A stretch of DNA of 64,000 bases from Rhodocyclaceae bacterium (GTDB taxonomy: Bacteria > Pseudomonadota > Gammaproteobacteria > Burkholderiales > Rhodocyclaceae): positions 58-64,057 of the forward strand of contig JALNXH010000019.1 in NCBI GenBank assembly GCA_023230455.1, read 5' to 3'. A model generated the notes under the pieces. It was not told where the DNA came from. It was given only the letters and a program-made list of their open reading frames with translations, and made no database searches. Positions 1-12,340 of this stretch are shown piece by piece; positions within the stretch are counted from its first letter, which is position 1; each line of letters begins with the position of its first letter. The position numbers and the translations under genes are program-made.

Positions 1-2
1 AA

Positions 3-608
3 ACGTCGATCAGCCTGCTCCACGCCTCCGGCGAAAATATCTCCATCGCCGACTTCTCCAGCAGCGGAGCAACCAGTACAACGCCCGTCACCCTGGCCAT
101 CGCCGGCGCCTCCGGTGCAACCACCCGTCTTTCCTACGACACAACGACAACCTCAGCCGACTCCACAGTGATCGGCGGCAACGTCGAGTTCAAATCGGCC
201 GGCGGCTACTTCAGCCTCGCCAGCTCGATCGCCGCAGGGTCCGGCAGTCTTTTCACCGGCAATGCGGATCAGCTCAAGGCAAGTACCAAGGACACTCTCA
301 ACTCGGTGGACATCAGCACGGCCGCCGGCGCCAATAGGGCCATCGACATCGCCGACGGTGCGCTGGCCCGGATCAACGGCATCCGCGCCGACCTGGGTGC
401 GGTGCAGAACCGCTTCGGCTCCACCATCGCCAACCTGACAACGACGGCCGAAAACCTGACCGCCGCCCGTTCGCGGATCCAGGATGCCGACTTCGCCTCG
501 GAAACCGCCGCACTGACCCGGGCACAGATCCTCCAGCAGGCCGGCGTCGCGATGCTCGCCCAGGCCAACGCCCTGCCCAACCAGGTGCTCCAGTTGCTCC
601 AAGGCTGA
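3..608 (+). CDS. fliC: Flagellin, C-terminal part (5' end outside the window)
   Basis: Frame 3 is open from the window edge to the stop at 606-608. The tail ...[71 protein letters not shown] is the conserved flagellin C-terminal helix. It is followed by a terminator and fliD-fliS-fliT. Confidence 0.9.
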   Translation, partial: TSISLLHASGENISIADFSSSGATSTTPVTLAIAGASGATTRLSYDTTTTSADSTVIGGNVEFKSAGGYFSLASSIAAGSGSLFTGNADQLKASTKDTLNSVDISTAAGANRAIDIADGALARINGIRADLGAVQNRFGSTIANLTTTAENLTAARSRIQDADFASETAALTRAQILQQAGVAMLAQANALPNQVLQLLQG

Positions 609-627
609 AAACCGTCGGGTGGGCCGA

Positions 628-665
628 AAGCGGGATTCGTGGCATGAATCCCGCTTTTTTTATTT
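628..665 (+). terminator. Rho-independent terminator after flagellin
   Basis: 11-bp perfect stem aagcgggattc (628-638) / gaatcccgctt (646-656), 7-nt loop, then a T-run at 655-661. Confidence 0.7.
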
Positions 666-690
666 TGCGGCCGCAAATAGCAGTCTGCCT

Positions 691-717
691 TTAACTTTTC
701 GGCTGCCGCGCCGATAA
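691..717 (+). promoter_or_regulatory. Sigma-28 (FliA)-type promoter candidate for fliD
   Basis: TTAAC at 691-695, then a perfect -10 element GCCGATAA at 710-717 (TAAC-N14-GCCGATAA; consensus is TAAA-N15-GCCGATAA). AAGGAG RBS at 730-735 and ATG at 744. Confidence 0.55.
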
Positions 718-743
718 TGAATCATGGTTAAGGAGTTCTGAGA

Positions 744-3050
744 ATGGCAGGTCTTTCATCCGCCGGCCTAGGTTCCGGTCTCGACATCAATGGCTTGGTC
801 ACCAAGCTGATGGAGGTCGAGCAGCAGCCGTTGGCTGCGATGGCAAAAAAGGAAGCGGCATACCAGGCCAAGCTCTCCGCCTATGGCACATTGAAGTCGG
901 GCCTCGCGTCGTTGAAAACGGCGATGGGTAGCCTGTCGTCGCCGTCGCAGTTCAATGCGTCAAAAGCGACGGTTGCGGATTCGACGGTTCTGACCGCCTC
1001 CACCAACAGCCTTGCCAAAACCGGGAGCTACAGCGTCGAAGTAACGTCTCTGGCGCAGGTGCATAAAATTTCATTGGGAGCGGTTTCCGATCCGACAACG
1101 GGAATCGGGACCGGCACGCTGACCATCGATTTTGGCACCTACGATTCTGGCGCCAACACGTTTGCGGTCAACTCGGATAAAACCGCCAAATCCATCACCA
1201 TCGACAGCTCGCAGAATTCTCTCAACGGCATCCGCGACGCCATCAATGCGGCGGCGGCGGGCGTCACCGCAAGCATCATCAACGACGGCTCGGGTTACCG
1301 TTTGGTGGTATCGAGCAACGAGGGCGGTACGGAAAACTCCCTGCGCGTTTTGGTCAGCGGAGACAGTGACGGCAACAATACCAATACCTCGGGGCTCTCG
1401 TCGCTGGCCTACAACCCCACCGCAGTAGCCGGCAACGGCAAAAATCTAACCCAGGCCCAGGAACCCAAGAGCGCCATCGTCAAGGTCGATGGCCTCACCA
1501 TTACCAAAAATTCGAATACCATTTCCGATGCAATTCAGGGCATTACGCTGAATCTGTTGAAGACCAACATCGACGCTACGACGACGCTGACTGTTTCCAG
1601 AGATACCAGCGGCGTCAAAACAGCCGTCCAGGCCTTTGTCAAAGCCTATAACGAACTGGCCAAAACCACTAAAAGCCTTGGCGGTTACAACGCGGAAACC
1701 AAGGAGGCCGGCGTTCTGCTAGGGGATTCGGCTTTGCGCTCGGTCCAGGCGGAACTGCGCAGCGTGGTCAGCCAGCGTATCGAGAACAATGGCGGGGTGA
1801 CATCTCTATCGGACATCGGCGTCTCCTTCCAGAGGGACGGTTCGCTGGTGCTCAACACCACCAAGCTGGATGGTGTGCTGGCCGATCCGGCCAAGAATGT
1901 CGGCAGCCTGTTTGCCACCATCGGCGTGGCCAGCGACAGCCTGGTCACCTATGCCGGGTCCACCAGCGCAACGCAAACCGGCGTTTATGGCTTAAGCGTC
2001 TCCGAAGTATCGACCCAGGCAGCTGTCATCGCCTCGATCACACCAACCGCCACAATTACAGCGGGATCCAACGATACCCTGTCGCTGAAGGTGGATGGCA
2101 CGCAGGTGAATGTCACGTTGACTGCGGATAACGACTACACAGCCGCCACCCTCGCTACGGAAGTGCAGCAAAAGATCAACTCCGCCCTGTCCGGCACCGG
2201 CAAAAGCGTCAGCGTTACCGACACCGACGGCAAACTGCGCATCGCCTCGACCGATTGGGGCAGCGACTCGCAGATTCAGTTCCTCGGCGGCACGGCCTAT
2301 TCCTCCGTATTCGGAACCCCCGACGAACACGGGCGGGTAACCGGTTCGCAGGCGGCGGCGACCAGCATCACCACCGGCGTCAACGACAGCCTGTCGTTGA
2401 ATGTCGACGGAACGTCGATCTCCATCACGCTCGCTGCGGGCACATACACCGCAGCCACCCTCGCGGCAGCGCTTGAGTCCAAGGTCAACACCGCGCTGGG
2501 GTCGGGTCCGCAAGTGACGGTGGGCGAATCGAGTGGCGTGTTGACCATTGCAACGACGAGCACCGGACTCTCGTCGTTCGTCGCCGTCACCGGCGGCACC
2601 GGCCTGTCGGCATTGCTCGGCTCACCCGATGCGATCGCCGCGACCGGCAGGGATGTCGCCGGTACGCTCGGCGGCGCGGCAGCAAGCGGGTCCGGGCAAA
2701 CGCTTACCGGGACCAGCGACGCCAGCGGTCTGGCGATACTGGTATCCGGCGGAATCCCGGGAGCGCGCGGAACGGTAACCTATAACCGCGGCATCGTTTA
2801 TCAACTGAATGAAACCATCAATGCACTGCTCGACGAGTCCGGCACCATCGAAGGCCGTACCGACGGCATCAACAGCTCCATCAAGGATATTGCGAAGCAG
2901 CGCACCGCACTGAGCCTGCGTCTGGCCCAGACGGAAAAACGTTATCGGGAACAATTCAATGCCCTGGACAGCCTCATCGCCTCAATGCAGCAGACCTCAA
3001 CCTATTTGACGCAACAACTTGAATCGCTCTCGAAATCCACTTCGAGCTGA
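744..3050 (+). CDS. fliD: Flagellar filament cap protein FliD (hook-associated protein 2), unusually long (768 aa) with internal tandem repeats
   Basis: N-terminus MAGLSSAGLGSGLDINGLVTKLMEVEQQPL... and C-terminus ...RYREQFNALDSLIASMQQTSTYLTQQL are canonical FliD. Lies between fliC and fliS. Confidence 0.9.
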   Translation: MAGLSSAGLGSGLDINGLVTKLMEVEQQPLAAMAKKEAAYQAKLSAYGTLKSGLASLKTAMGSLSSPSQFNASKATVADSTVLTASTNSLAKTGSYSVEVTSLAQVHKISLGAVSDPTTGIGTGTLTIDFGTYDSGANTFAVNSDKTAKSITIDSSQNSLNGIRDAINAAAAGVTASIINDGSGYRLVVSSNEGGTENSLRVLVSGDSDGNNTNTSGLSSLAYNPTAVAGNGKNLTQAQEPKSAIVKVDGLTITKNSNTISDAIQGITLNLLKTNIDATTTLTVSRDTSGVKTAVQAFVKAYNELAKTTKSLGGYNAETKEAGVLLGDSALRSVQAELRSVVSQRIENNGGVTSLSDIGVSFQRDGSLVLNTTKLDGVLADPAKNVGSLFATIGVASDSLVTYAGSTSATQTGVYGLSVSEVSTQAAVIASITPTATITAGSNDTLSLKVDGTQVNVTLTADNDYTAATLATEVQQKINSALSGTGKSVSVTDTDGKLRIASTDWGSDSQIQFLGGTAYSSVFGTPDEHGRVTGSQAAATSITTGVNDSLSLNVDGTSISITLAAGTYTAATLAAALESKVNTALGSGPQVTVGESSGVLTIATTSTGLSSFVAVTGGTGLSALLGSPDAIAATGRDVAGTLGGAAASGSGQTLTGTSDASGLAILVSGGIPGARGTVTYNRGIVYQLNETINALLDESGTIEGRTDGINSSIKDIAKQRTALSLRLAQTEKRYREQFNALDSLIASMQQTSTYLTQQLESLSKSTSS

Positions 3051-3065
3051 CGGAGAAAAGGAATC

Positions 3066-3491
3066 ATGTTCCAGACCATGCGCAACCCGAAGTCGGCCTA
3101 CGCGACAGTAGGTATCGACATGCGGGTAGAGACTGCTTCGCCGCACAAGCTGGTGCTGATGCTGTTCGACGGCGCCATCCTAGCGGTCGCTCAAGCGGCT
3201 GCCTATGCCAAGAACGGCGACAAGAAAAGCATGAGCGAATCCATCATGAAAGCCAGCGCCATCATTTCCCAAGGTCTGCGCGACAGCCTGGACGCTACCG
3301 CGGACGCAGACTTGGTGAGCAGACTGTCGGCACTCTACGATTACATCTGCGTCCGCCTACAGTTCGCCAACATCCGTGGCGATGCGGCGATTTTCGCCGA
3401 AGTATCCAAGCTGCTCGAGGAATTGCGCGCAGCGTGGGAGGAAATAGCGAACGATCCCGCCGTAGTTTCCAGCAACAAGTCGGCTGCCTGA
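3066..3491 (+). CDS. fliS: Flagellin-specific chaperone FliS
   Basis: 141 aa; AYATVGIDMRVETASPHKLVLMLFDGAI... matches the FliS family pattern. Position is directly after fliD. Confidence 0.9.
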   Translation: MFQTMRNPKSAYATVGIDMRVETASPHKLVLMLFDGAILAVAQAAAYAKNGDKKSMSESIMKASAIISQGLRDSLDATADADLVSRLSALYDYICVRLQFANIRGDAAIFAEVSKLLEELRAAWEEIANDPAVVSSNKSAA

Positions 3492-3499
3492 CCGCTACC

Positions 3500-3826
3500 A
3501 TGCTGGCAATGCCTTCCCAAATCGAAATCTACGAGGACATGAGCGCCCTCTCGGCCCAAATGGTGACGGCCGCGCGCGCCCAGGATTGGGAAACGCTGGT
3601 TGGCCTGGAACGCTCGGTCGCTTCGTTACGCAAGACACTGGAGAGCGACGAAGACGGCAACGCGCTTTCCGGCATCGAACTCGAGCGCAAACGCGCCCTG
3701 ATCCAGCGCATTCTGGAAGATGATGCAGAAGTCCGGCGGCACACCGAGCCCTGGATGGAGCACGTACGCCAATTTCTCGGCGACACGTCGCGTCGCAAGC
3801 GCGTGGAACGGGCCTACGGCGCTTAA
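3500..3826 (+). CDS. fliT: FliT-like flagellar chaperone
   Basis: The track ORF (3434) overlaps fliS. The internal ATG at 3500 gives a 108-aa helical protein (..SAQMVTAARAQDWETLVGLERSV...) with the FliT-like pattern A..E/Q-WD/E-.L. Position is after fliS. Confidence 0.6.
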   Translation: MLAMPSQIEIYEDMSALSAQMVTAARAQDWETLVGLERSVASLRKTLESDEDGNALSGIELERKRALIQRILEDDAEVRRHTEPWMEHVRQFLGDTSRRKRVERAYGA

Positions 3827-3849
3827 CATCAGGTGTATATAGCCGATAG
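3823..3849 (+). promoter_or_regulatory. Second sigma-28-type promoter candidate (for the fliK-like gene)
   Basis: TTAAC (3823-3827), then GCCGATAG at 3842-3849. Spacing is identical to the fliD promoter candidate (TAAC-N14-GCCGATA[A/G]). Confidence 0.4.
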
Positions 3850-3914
3850 CGGGAAGTCGGTAGAAAACATCCGCTGCCTACTTCCCCCTTTCGGCTAACT
3901 GCTTACTGCCCGGC

Positions 3915-5042
3915 ATGGCACTGATCCCCCCCGATGTCGGTCTGCGCATGCGTTTGCAGGCCGAAACCTCGTTGCTGCACCCGGCGTCGCCGGTGCAGGG
4001 TATCCCGTCCGATCTGCCGGAATTGCAGACGGGCCAGATGTTCACTGCCCGCATCCAGGAAGTCCTGCCGGAAAACACCTACCGCGCCCTGGTCGCTGGT
4101 AAAAGTCTGACCCTTTCGCTGCCCGAGGGCGCCAAGTCGGGTGACGTACTGGAACTGGTAGTAGTGGACCGCACGCCCAGGATGCTCCTGGCAAAACTTG
4201 CCGAGCCGGCCACGCAGTCCGCACCGAACGAGCAACCCTATCGGCACGCCACCCTCAGCCCTACCGCACAGCTGATCGGCAAGCTGCTTCTGCCGCAAGG
4301 GCAAAAGCCTGAACCCGCTGTGCTGAACGGAGGCCAGCCCCTGCTCGCAACGGCCCCCGATCCCTCCGCCATCGACATTGCCGCACGGTTGGCGCCGAAG
4401 CTGGAAAATGCGGTGGGCCAAAGCGGCCTGTTCTACGAAGCTCATCAAGCTCGCTGGATTGCTGGCAAATTGCCTGCCGAGGCTTTGCTACAGGAGCCGC
4501 AAGGCAAAGAATCCCTGACCGCACACAACAAGACCGCGGCGGGCAGCATGCCGTCATCCGCCCCCCAGGATCTCGCAGCGACCAACCGAGCCGGATCGAC
4601 GGGGCAATTTTCCGGCGCAGAAACCGCAGGCCGGGCCAAGGAAGCCTTTATTCCTGCGTCCGTCCTGCAGTCGATTCCCGAGGAATTGCGCCCGCTGGTG
4701 CAGCAGCAGCTGGATGCGGCAGCGACGCAGCGCATGGTGTGGCACGGCGAAATCTGGCCCGAGCAGCAATTGGAATGGGAAATCGAACGCGACGCGCGGC
4801 AACCGGATTCGTCCGCTACCGAAGCCGCACCGGGCTGGAGTACCCGACTGGCCCTCACCAGCCCGCGCCTCGGCCGCGTCGAAGCCAGCTTGCAGTTAAA
4901 TCCCAGTGGCATCAATATTCAGATCAATGCAGCCGACGCGACTGTCGCAACAGAAATGCGCTCGGCCATCGCGGAGTTGGCCGGGTCGCTTGAAGCTGCC
5001 GGACTGACTGCGCCCTTCATCCAGGTTGGCCATGCCGACTAG
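3915..5042 (+). CDS. Flagellar hook-length control protein (FliK)-like
   Basis: 375 aa, Pro/Ala/Gln-rich middle. The C-terminal ...WSTRLALTSPRLGRVEASLQLNPSGINIQINAADATVATEMRSAIAELAGSLEAAGL... resembles the FliK C-terminal (Flg_hook) domain. Confidence 0.7.
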   Translation: MALIPPDVGLRMRLQAETSLLHPASPVQGIPSDLPELQTGQMFTARIQEVLPENTYRALVAGKSLTLSLPEGAKSGDVLELVVVDRTPRMLLAKLAEPATQSAPNEQPYRHATLSPTAQLIGKLLLPQGQKPEPAVLNGGQPLLATAPDPSAIDIAARLAPKLENAVGQSGLFYEAHQARWIAGKLPAEALLQEPQGKESLTAHNKTAAGSMPSSAPQDLAATNRAGSTGQFSGAETAGRAKEAFIPASVLQSIPEELRPLVQQQLDAAATQRMVWHGEIWPEQQLEWEIERDARQPDSSATEAAPGWSTRLALTSPRLGRVEASLQLNPSGINIQINAADATVATEMRSAIAELAGSLEAAGLTAPFIQVGHAD

Positions 5043-5358
5043 GGAAGCCGCGAAGCGCCAGGACGAGCGCGCTCTGGCCGTGGCGTTGGCCTACGCCCCG
5101 GGGGATACGGCCCCCAAAGTAGTTGCCAAGGGTCGCGGGCTGATCGCCGACGCAATCGTCGCGCGCGCCCGCGAACACGGGATTTTCGTACACGAATCGC
5201 CGGAACTGGTGTCGTTGCTACTCCAGGTCGACCTGGATGCGCACATTCCGCCCCAGCTCTACATCGCCGTTGCAGAATTGCTGGCTTGGCTGTACCGGCT
5301 TGAAAACGGCATGCTTCCCGTGAGCGAACCGCCCCAGCCGGGTGGCAACATCGGATAA
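5032..5358 (+). CDS. Stand-alone FlhB C-terminal-domain-like protein (EscU/YscU/FlhB family fragment)
   Basis: ALAVALAYAPGDTAPKVVAKGRGLIADAIVARAREHGIFVHESPELVSLLL...IPPQLYIAVAELLAWLYRLE aligns by eye with the post-NPTH part of FlhB (..APKVVAKGAG..A..IR..A.EH.IP..E.P.LAR.LY...IP..LY.AVAE.LA.V). The ATG at 5032 overlaps the fliK-like stop; a TTG at 5026 is also possible. Confidence 0.8.
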   Translation: MPTREAAKRQDERALAVALAYAPGDTAPKVVAKGRGLIADAIVARAREHGIFVHESPELVSLLLQVDLDAHIPPQLYIAVAELLAWLYRLENGMLPVSEPPQPGGNIG

Positions 5359-5385
5359 ACTCAGACAGAATCAAAGACTCCGGTC

Positions 5386-8247
<2,862 letters not shown>

Positions 8248-8248
<1 letters not shown>

Positions 8249-10581
8249 TGACAAACGACACCACACCCGACCTCTTCGGGGCCGGCGCAACGCCGCCCTC
8301 CGCGCCTCCCACACCGACTTTCGACGACGGCAGCACCCTGCCGCTCGACAGCTACGCCGAGCGCGCCTACCTCGCCTACGCGATGAGCGTGGTGCGCTCG
8401 CGCGCCCTGCCCCAGGTCGAAGACGGCATGAAACCGGTGCAGCGACGCATTCTCCACGCGATGAACGAGATGCGCCTGTCGGCGACCACCAAGCACGTCA
8501 AGTCGGCACGGGTGGTCGGCGACGTGATCGGCAAATACCATCCGCACGGTGATTCCAGCGTGTATGACGCAATGGTGCGCGTGGCACAGGACTTTTCGCT
8601 GCGCTACCCGCTGGTAGACGGCCAAGGCAATTTCGGCTCGCGCGACGGCGACGGCGCAGCCGCCATGCGCTACACCGAGTGCCGCCTGACACCGATCGCC
8701 TCGCTGCTGCTGTCGGAGATCGACCGCGGCACGGTGGACTTCGCGCCCAACTACGACGGTGCCTTCACCGAACCGACGCTGCTGCCGGCGCGCCTGCCCT
8801 TCGTCCTGCTCAACGGCGCTTCGGGTATTGCCGTCGGCATGGCCACGGAAATCCCGCCACACAATCTGCGCGAGGTGGCCGATGCAGCAAGACTGCTGAT
8901 CAAGAAGCCCGAAGCCGCGCTGGAAGAAGTGCTCGCCGTGCTGCCCGGCCCCGACTTCCCCGGCGGTGGACAACTCATTTCCCCGTCCGGCGACATCCGC
9001 GACGCCTACGCCAGCGGCCGCGGCAGCCTGAGGATGCGTGCGCGCTGGCGCATCGAAGATTTAGCCAGAGGCCAGTGGCGGGTGATCGTCACCGAGCTGC
9101 CGCATGGCGTGTCCACGGCGCATGTGCTGTCGGAAATCGAAACGCTGACCAATCCCCAGCCCAAGGCGGGGAAAAAAGACGTTTCGCAGGAACAGAAAAA
9201 TCTCAAGCAAGTCGTGCTCGGCGTACTCGAATCGGTACGTGACGAGTCGAATGAAAAGGAGCCGGTGCGTATCGTCCTCGAGCCCCGTTCCTCGCGCCAG
9301 CCGCAAGAAGAATTCATGGCCGTACTGCTGGCCCACACCAGCCTCGAAGCCAGTGTCTCGCTCAACATGACCATGGTCGGCCGTGACGGCCGACCACAGC
9401 AGAAAAATCTGTTGCAGGTGCTGCACGAATGGATCGAATTCCGCTTCGCCACGGTGGAGCGGCGCACCCGCCATCGCCTCGACGAAGTGGAGCGCCGCAT
9501 CCATATCCTCGAAGGGCGCATGGCGGTGTTCCTGCGCATCGATGAAGTAATCAAGGTCATCCGCAACTCCGACGAGCCGAAGCTCGACCTGATCTGGAAG
9601 TTCCACCTGACCGACATTCAGGCCGAAGACATTCTGGAAATCCGCCTGCGCCAGCTGGCGCGGCTGGAAGGTATCAAGATCGAACAGGAACTCGGCAACC
9701 TGCGCACCGAAGAGGGGGAACTGAAAACTCTGCTCGACGACCGCAAGGAAATGACCAGGCTGATCTACAAGGAGATCGCCGACGATGCCAAACAGTACGG
9801 CGACAACCGGCGTACCCTGCTCGAAGCCGTGGCTTACACGGCACCCGCAGAAATAGCGGTGCCCGACGAGCCGGTCACGGTGATCCTCTCCAAGAACGGC
9901 TGGGTACGCAGCCGCCAGGGTCACGGCATCGCGCCCGATACCATCGGCTACAAGGCCGGCGACGTCGCTTTCCTGGTCGCGGAGTCGCGCACCGTCTGGC
10001 CTTTGGTGCTGATCGACAACAACGGTCGCGCCTACAGCGTCAAGGTTTCCGATCTGCCTGGGGGCCGCGGCGATGGCGTGCCGATCGGCACCCTGATCGA
10101 CCTCCAGGACGGCGGCAAAGTGGTCCAGGCGCTCACCGCCGACCCGGAAAACCGGTATTTGTTTGCCGGCAGCGGCGGCTACGGTTTCGTTGCCAAATTA
10201 GCAGAGCTGGTTGGCCGCAATAAGGCAGGCAAGGCCTTTCTCACGCTCGACAAGGGGGAAAAGCCTCTGGCCCCGGCAAAGGCCGCCGGTGCGACCCTGT
10301 GCGCGCTTTCGACGGGCGGCCGTCTACTGCTCTTCCCGCTCGCCGATATGCCGGAGTTGAGTAAAGGGCGCGGCAACAAGATCATTGATCTGGAAAAAAG
10401 TGACGAACTGCTCGGCCTCGCCATCAACTACGGCAACAGCCTCACCGTCACCGGCAGCGGGCGTGGCGGGAAGCCGGCCAGCGCTGTCGTCGAAGGCGCG
10501 GAACTGGATCCCTTCCGCGGCCAGCGTGGACGCAAAGGCCATCTCCTGCCGATCAAACTCAAGCCGACCCGTCTCGATTGA
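8248..10581 (+). CDS. parC: DNA topoisomerase IV subunit A
   Basis: 777 aa; ..[21 protein letters not shown].., [25 protein letters not shown] (catalytic Tyr region). Start overlaps the parE stop. Confidence 0.95.
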
Positions 10582-10598
10582 AGCCGCGTTTGCCGGGT

Positions 10599-11903
10599 TC
10601 AGGAGACCCCGGCGCGTTGCAGGAAATGGCCGAGATGCCGATCGCTCTTGGTTGTATGGTTGATCTGCCAGTCGAGCAGTAGCAAGCGGATGCGAAACAG
10701 CAGCAGCAGTCGGTCTGACTGGGCGGCAAGGATTTCCGCCTTGAGCTGTTCCATGTATTTGAAAAACGTCAGATGCTGGCGCTTGTGCTCGGCCATGAAC
10801 GGATAGGCATAACGCCGCATCAGGTTCTCTTCAGTCTCAAAGTGGTCGGAGATGAATCGCTCCAGATCCTCCAGCGTCTGCACCACGGTTTCGGCGGAGT
10901 TACCCACCTGCTTCACCAGTTCGGCGATACGACCGAGCATGTCGCGATGCTGGGCATCGATTTCCCCGACCCCCACGCCATACTCCTCGCGCCAGCCCAT
11001 TTCCATCGCGGCTTCGCCGGCATGTTCGAGATAACCGCCATTGACCGCATCAATGCAGCGGTCGAGATACACGCGCGCCGCCCGATCGTCGGGCGCCGTA
11101 CGCAGGCAGGCTTCGAGCAACGGCTGGGCCTTCTCGGGGTGGCCGATGTGAAAGTAGGCCAGTGCCTCTTCGAATTGCGGCCGGGTATCGAGCTTGGCCG
11201 CCCACAGCGGCTCCGGGTCAGCATCGAACACTTCGTACACCGACTGCGACTGGTAACGGCCCTTGACCCGCAGCCGATCGACGAAACGAATGCAGTAGGC
11301 ACCCGGATCCTCCAGCGCATGCATCGTGTGTTCGCTGATCAGTAACGATGCGCCATAGTTTTTAGTCAGCCCCTCAAGACGCGACGCAAGATTCACCGCG
11401 TCGCCGATCACCGTACTGTCCATACGGTTGTGACCGCCGACCGTGCCCATCATCACCAGGCCGGTATTGACGCCGATGCCGATCCGGATAGGCACGTAGC
11501 CGGCCCGCGAGCGGCCCTCGTTGTAGTTCGTCAGCCGGCGCAACATGTCGATGCCGGCGCGCACGCCGTCGTCGGCACAGCCTGGGAAGAGCGCCATGAT
11601 GCCATCGCCGATGTATTTATCGACGACTCCCCGATTCCGCGCCACCACCGGTTCCATGGTGGACAGATAGGAGTTGATGAAACGGAAGTTCTCCGCCGGC
11701 AGAATCGATTCGGAAAGCGTCGTGAAATCGCGGATATCGGAGAACAGCAAAGTGATCTCCTTTTCCACATGATCGCCAAGCTTAACGTCGACAATGCTTT
11801 CGCGGCCCAGCAGTTCGAGGAACCGGTGCGGTACGAAGCGGTCGTACGCCGCCTCGGTAGCGGTCATCGGTGCGGAGATGTCGTGCCCTGACTCGGAACT
11901 CAT
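10599..11903 (-). CDS. Class III adenylate/guanylate cyclase fused to TPR-like linker and C-terminal bacteriohemerythrin domain
   Basis: Cyclase core ITLLFSDIRDFTTLSE...VVDKYIGDGIMALF...IGVNTG..GDAVNLASRLE. C-terminal hemerythrin metal ligands: DAQH, HFETEE, HKRQH, INHTTKSD. ATG at 11903 preferred; the track ORF begins at a GTG at 11933. Confidence 0.85.
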   Translation of the reverse strand: MSSESGHDISAPMTATEAAYDRFVPHRFLELLGRESIVDVKLGDHVEKEITLLFSDIRDFTTLSESILPAENFRFINSYLSTMEPVVARNRGVVDKYIGDGIMALFPGCADDGVRAGIDMLRRLTNYNEGRSRAGYVPIRIGIGVNTGLVMMGTVGGHNRMDSTVIGDAVNLASRLEGLTKNYGASLLISEHTMHALEDPGAYCIRFVDRLRVKGRYQSQSVYEVFDADPEPLWAAKLDTRPQFEEALAYFHIGHPEKAQPLLEACLRTAPDDRAARVYLDRCIDAVNGGYLEHAGEAAMEMGWREEYGVGVGEIDAQHRDMLGRIAELVKQVGNSAETVVQTLEDLERFISDHFETEENLMRRYAYPFMAEHKRQHLTFFKYMEQLKAEILAAQSDRLLLLFRIRLLLLDWQINHTTKSDRHLGHFLQRAGVS

Positions 11904-11922
11904 CGGATCAGTATAAACGCAA

Positions 11923-11942
11923 AGCCCCGGCACGCCGGGGCT
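11923..11942 (-). terminator. Hairpin downstream of fliE (possible terminator)
   Basis: agccccgg (11923-11930) / ccggggct (11935-11942), 4-nt loop. On the minus strand it is followed by ttgcgtttat (moderately T-rich). Confidence 0.4.
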
Positions 11943-11967
11943 CGGAGAGGCTCTGACAAGCCGCGGG

Positions 11968-12294
11968 TCAGACCTGCATGTTCATGATGTCGTTGTATGC
12001 GGTGACCAACTTGTTGCGTACCTGGACCATCTGCTGGAAGGACAGGTTGGCCTTTTGCAGATTGACCATGACATCCTGAAGATTGGCGTTGCCCTGCCCG
12101 CTGACAAAATCGGTAGCCATGTTCTGAGCGCTTTGCTGCACCTGATTGACCTGCTCCAGGGTGCTCTTCAGTACCTGCGCGAAGTCGGCTCCGCCCGCTT
12201 CCGCCACCTGCCCCGCCGGCTTGCCCTGGGCAAGCGACGAGGTCGCCCGGAGTTCGGCGAGCATGGCTTCGATGTTGCGCGTATCGATGGACAT
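11968..12294 (-). CDS. fliE: Flagellar hook-basal body complex protein FliE
   Basis: 108 aa; ...FAQVLKSTLEQVNQVQQSAQNMATDFVSGQGNANLQDVMVNLQKANLSFQQMVQVRNKLVTAYNDIMNMQV is typical FliE. Confidence 0.9.
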   Translation of the reverse strand: MSIDTRNIEAMLAELRATSSLAQGKPAGQVAEAGGADFAQVLKSTLEQVNQVQQSAQNMATDFVSGQGNANLQDVMVNLQKANLSFQQMVQVRNKLVTAYNDIMNMQV

Positions 12295-12340
12295 GGTGGC
12301 GGCAATAGAGTCGTTATCGCGATTCTACGAGCAAAGCGCG

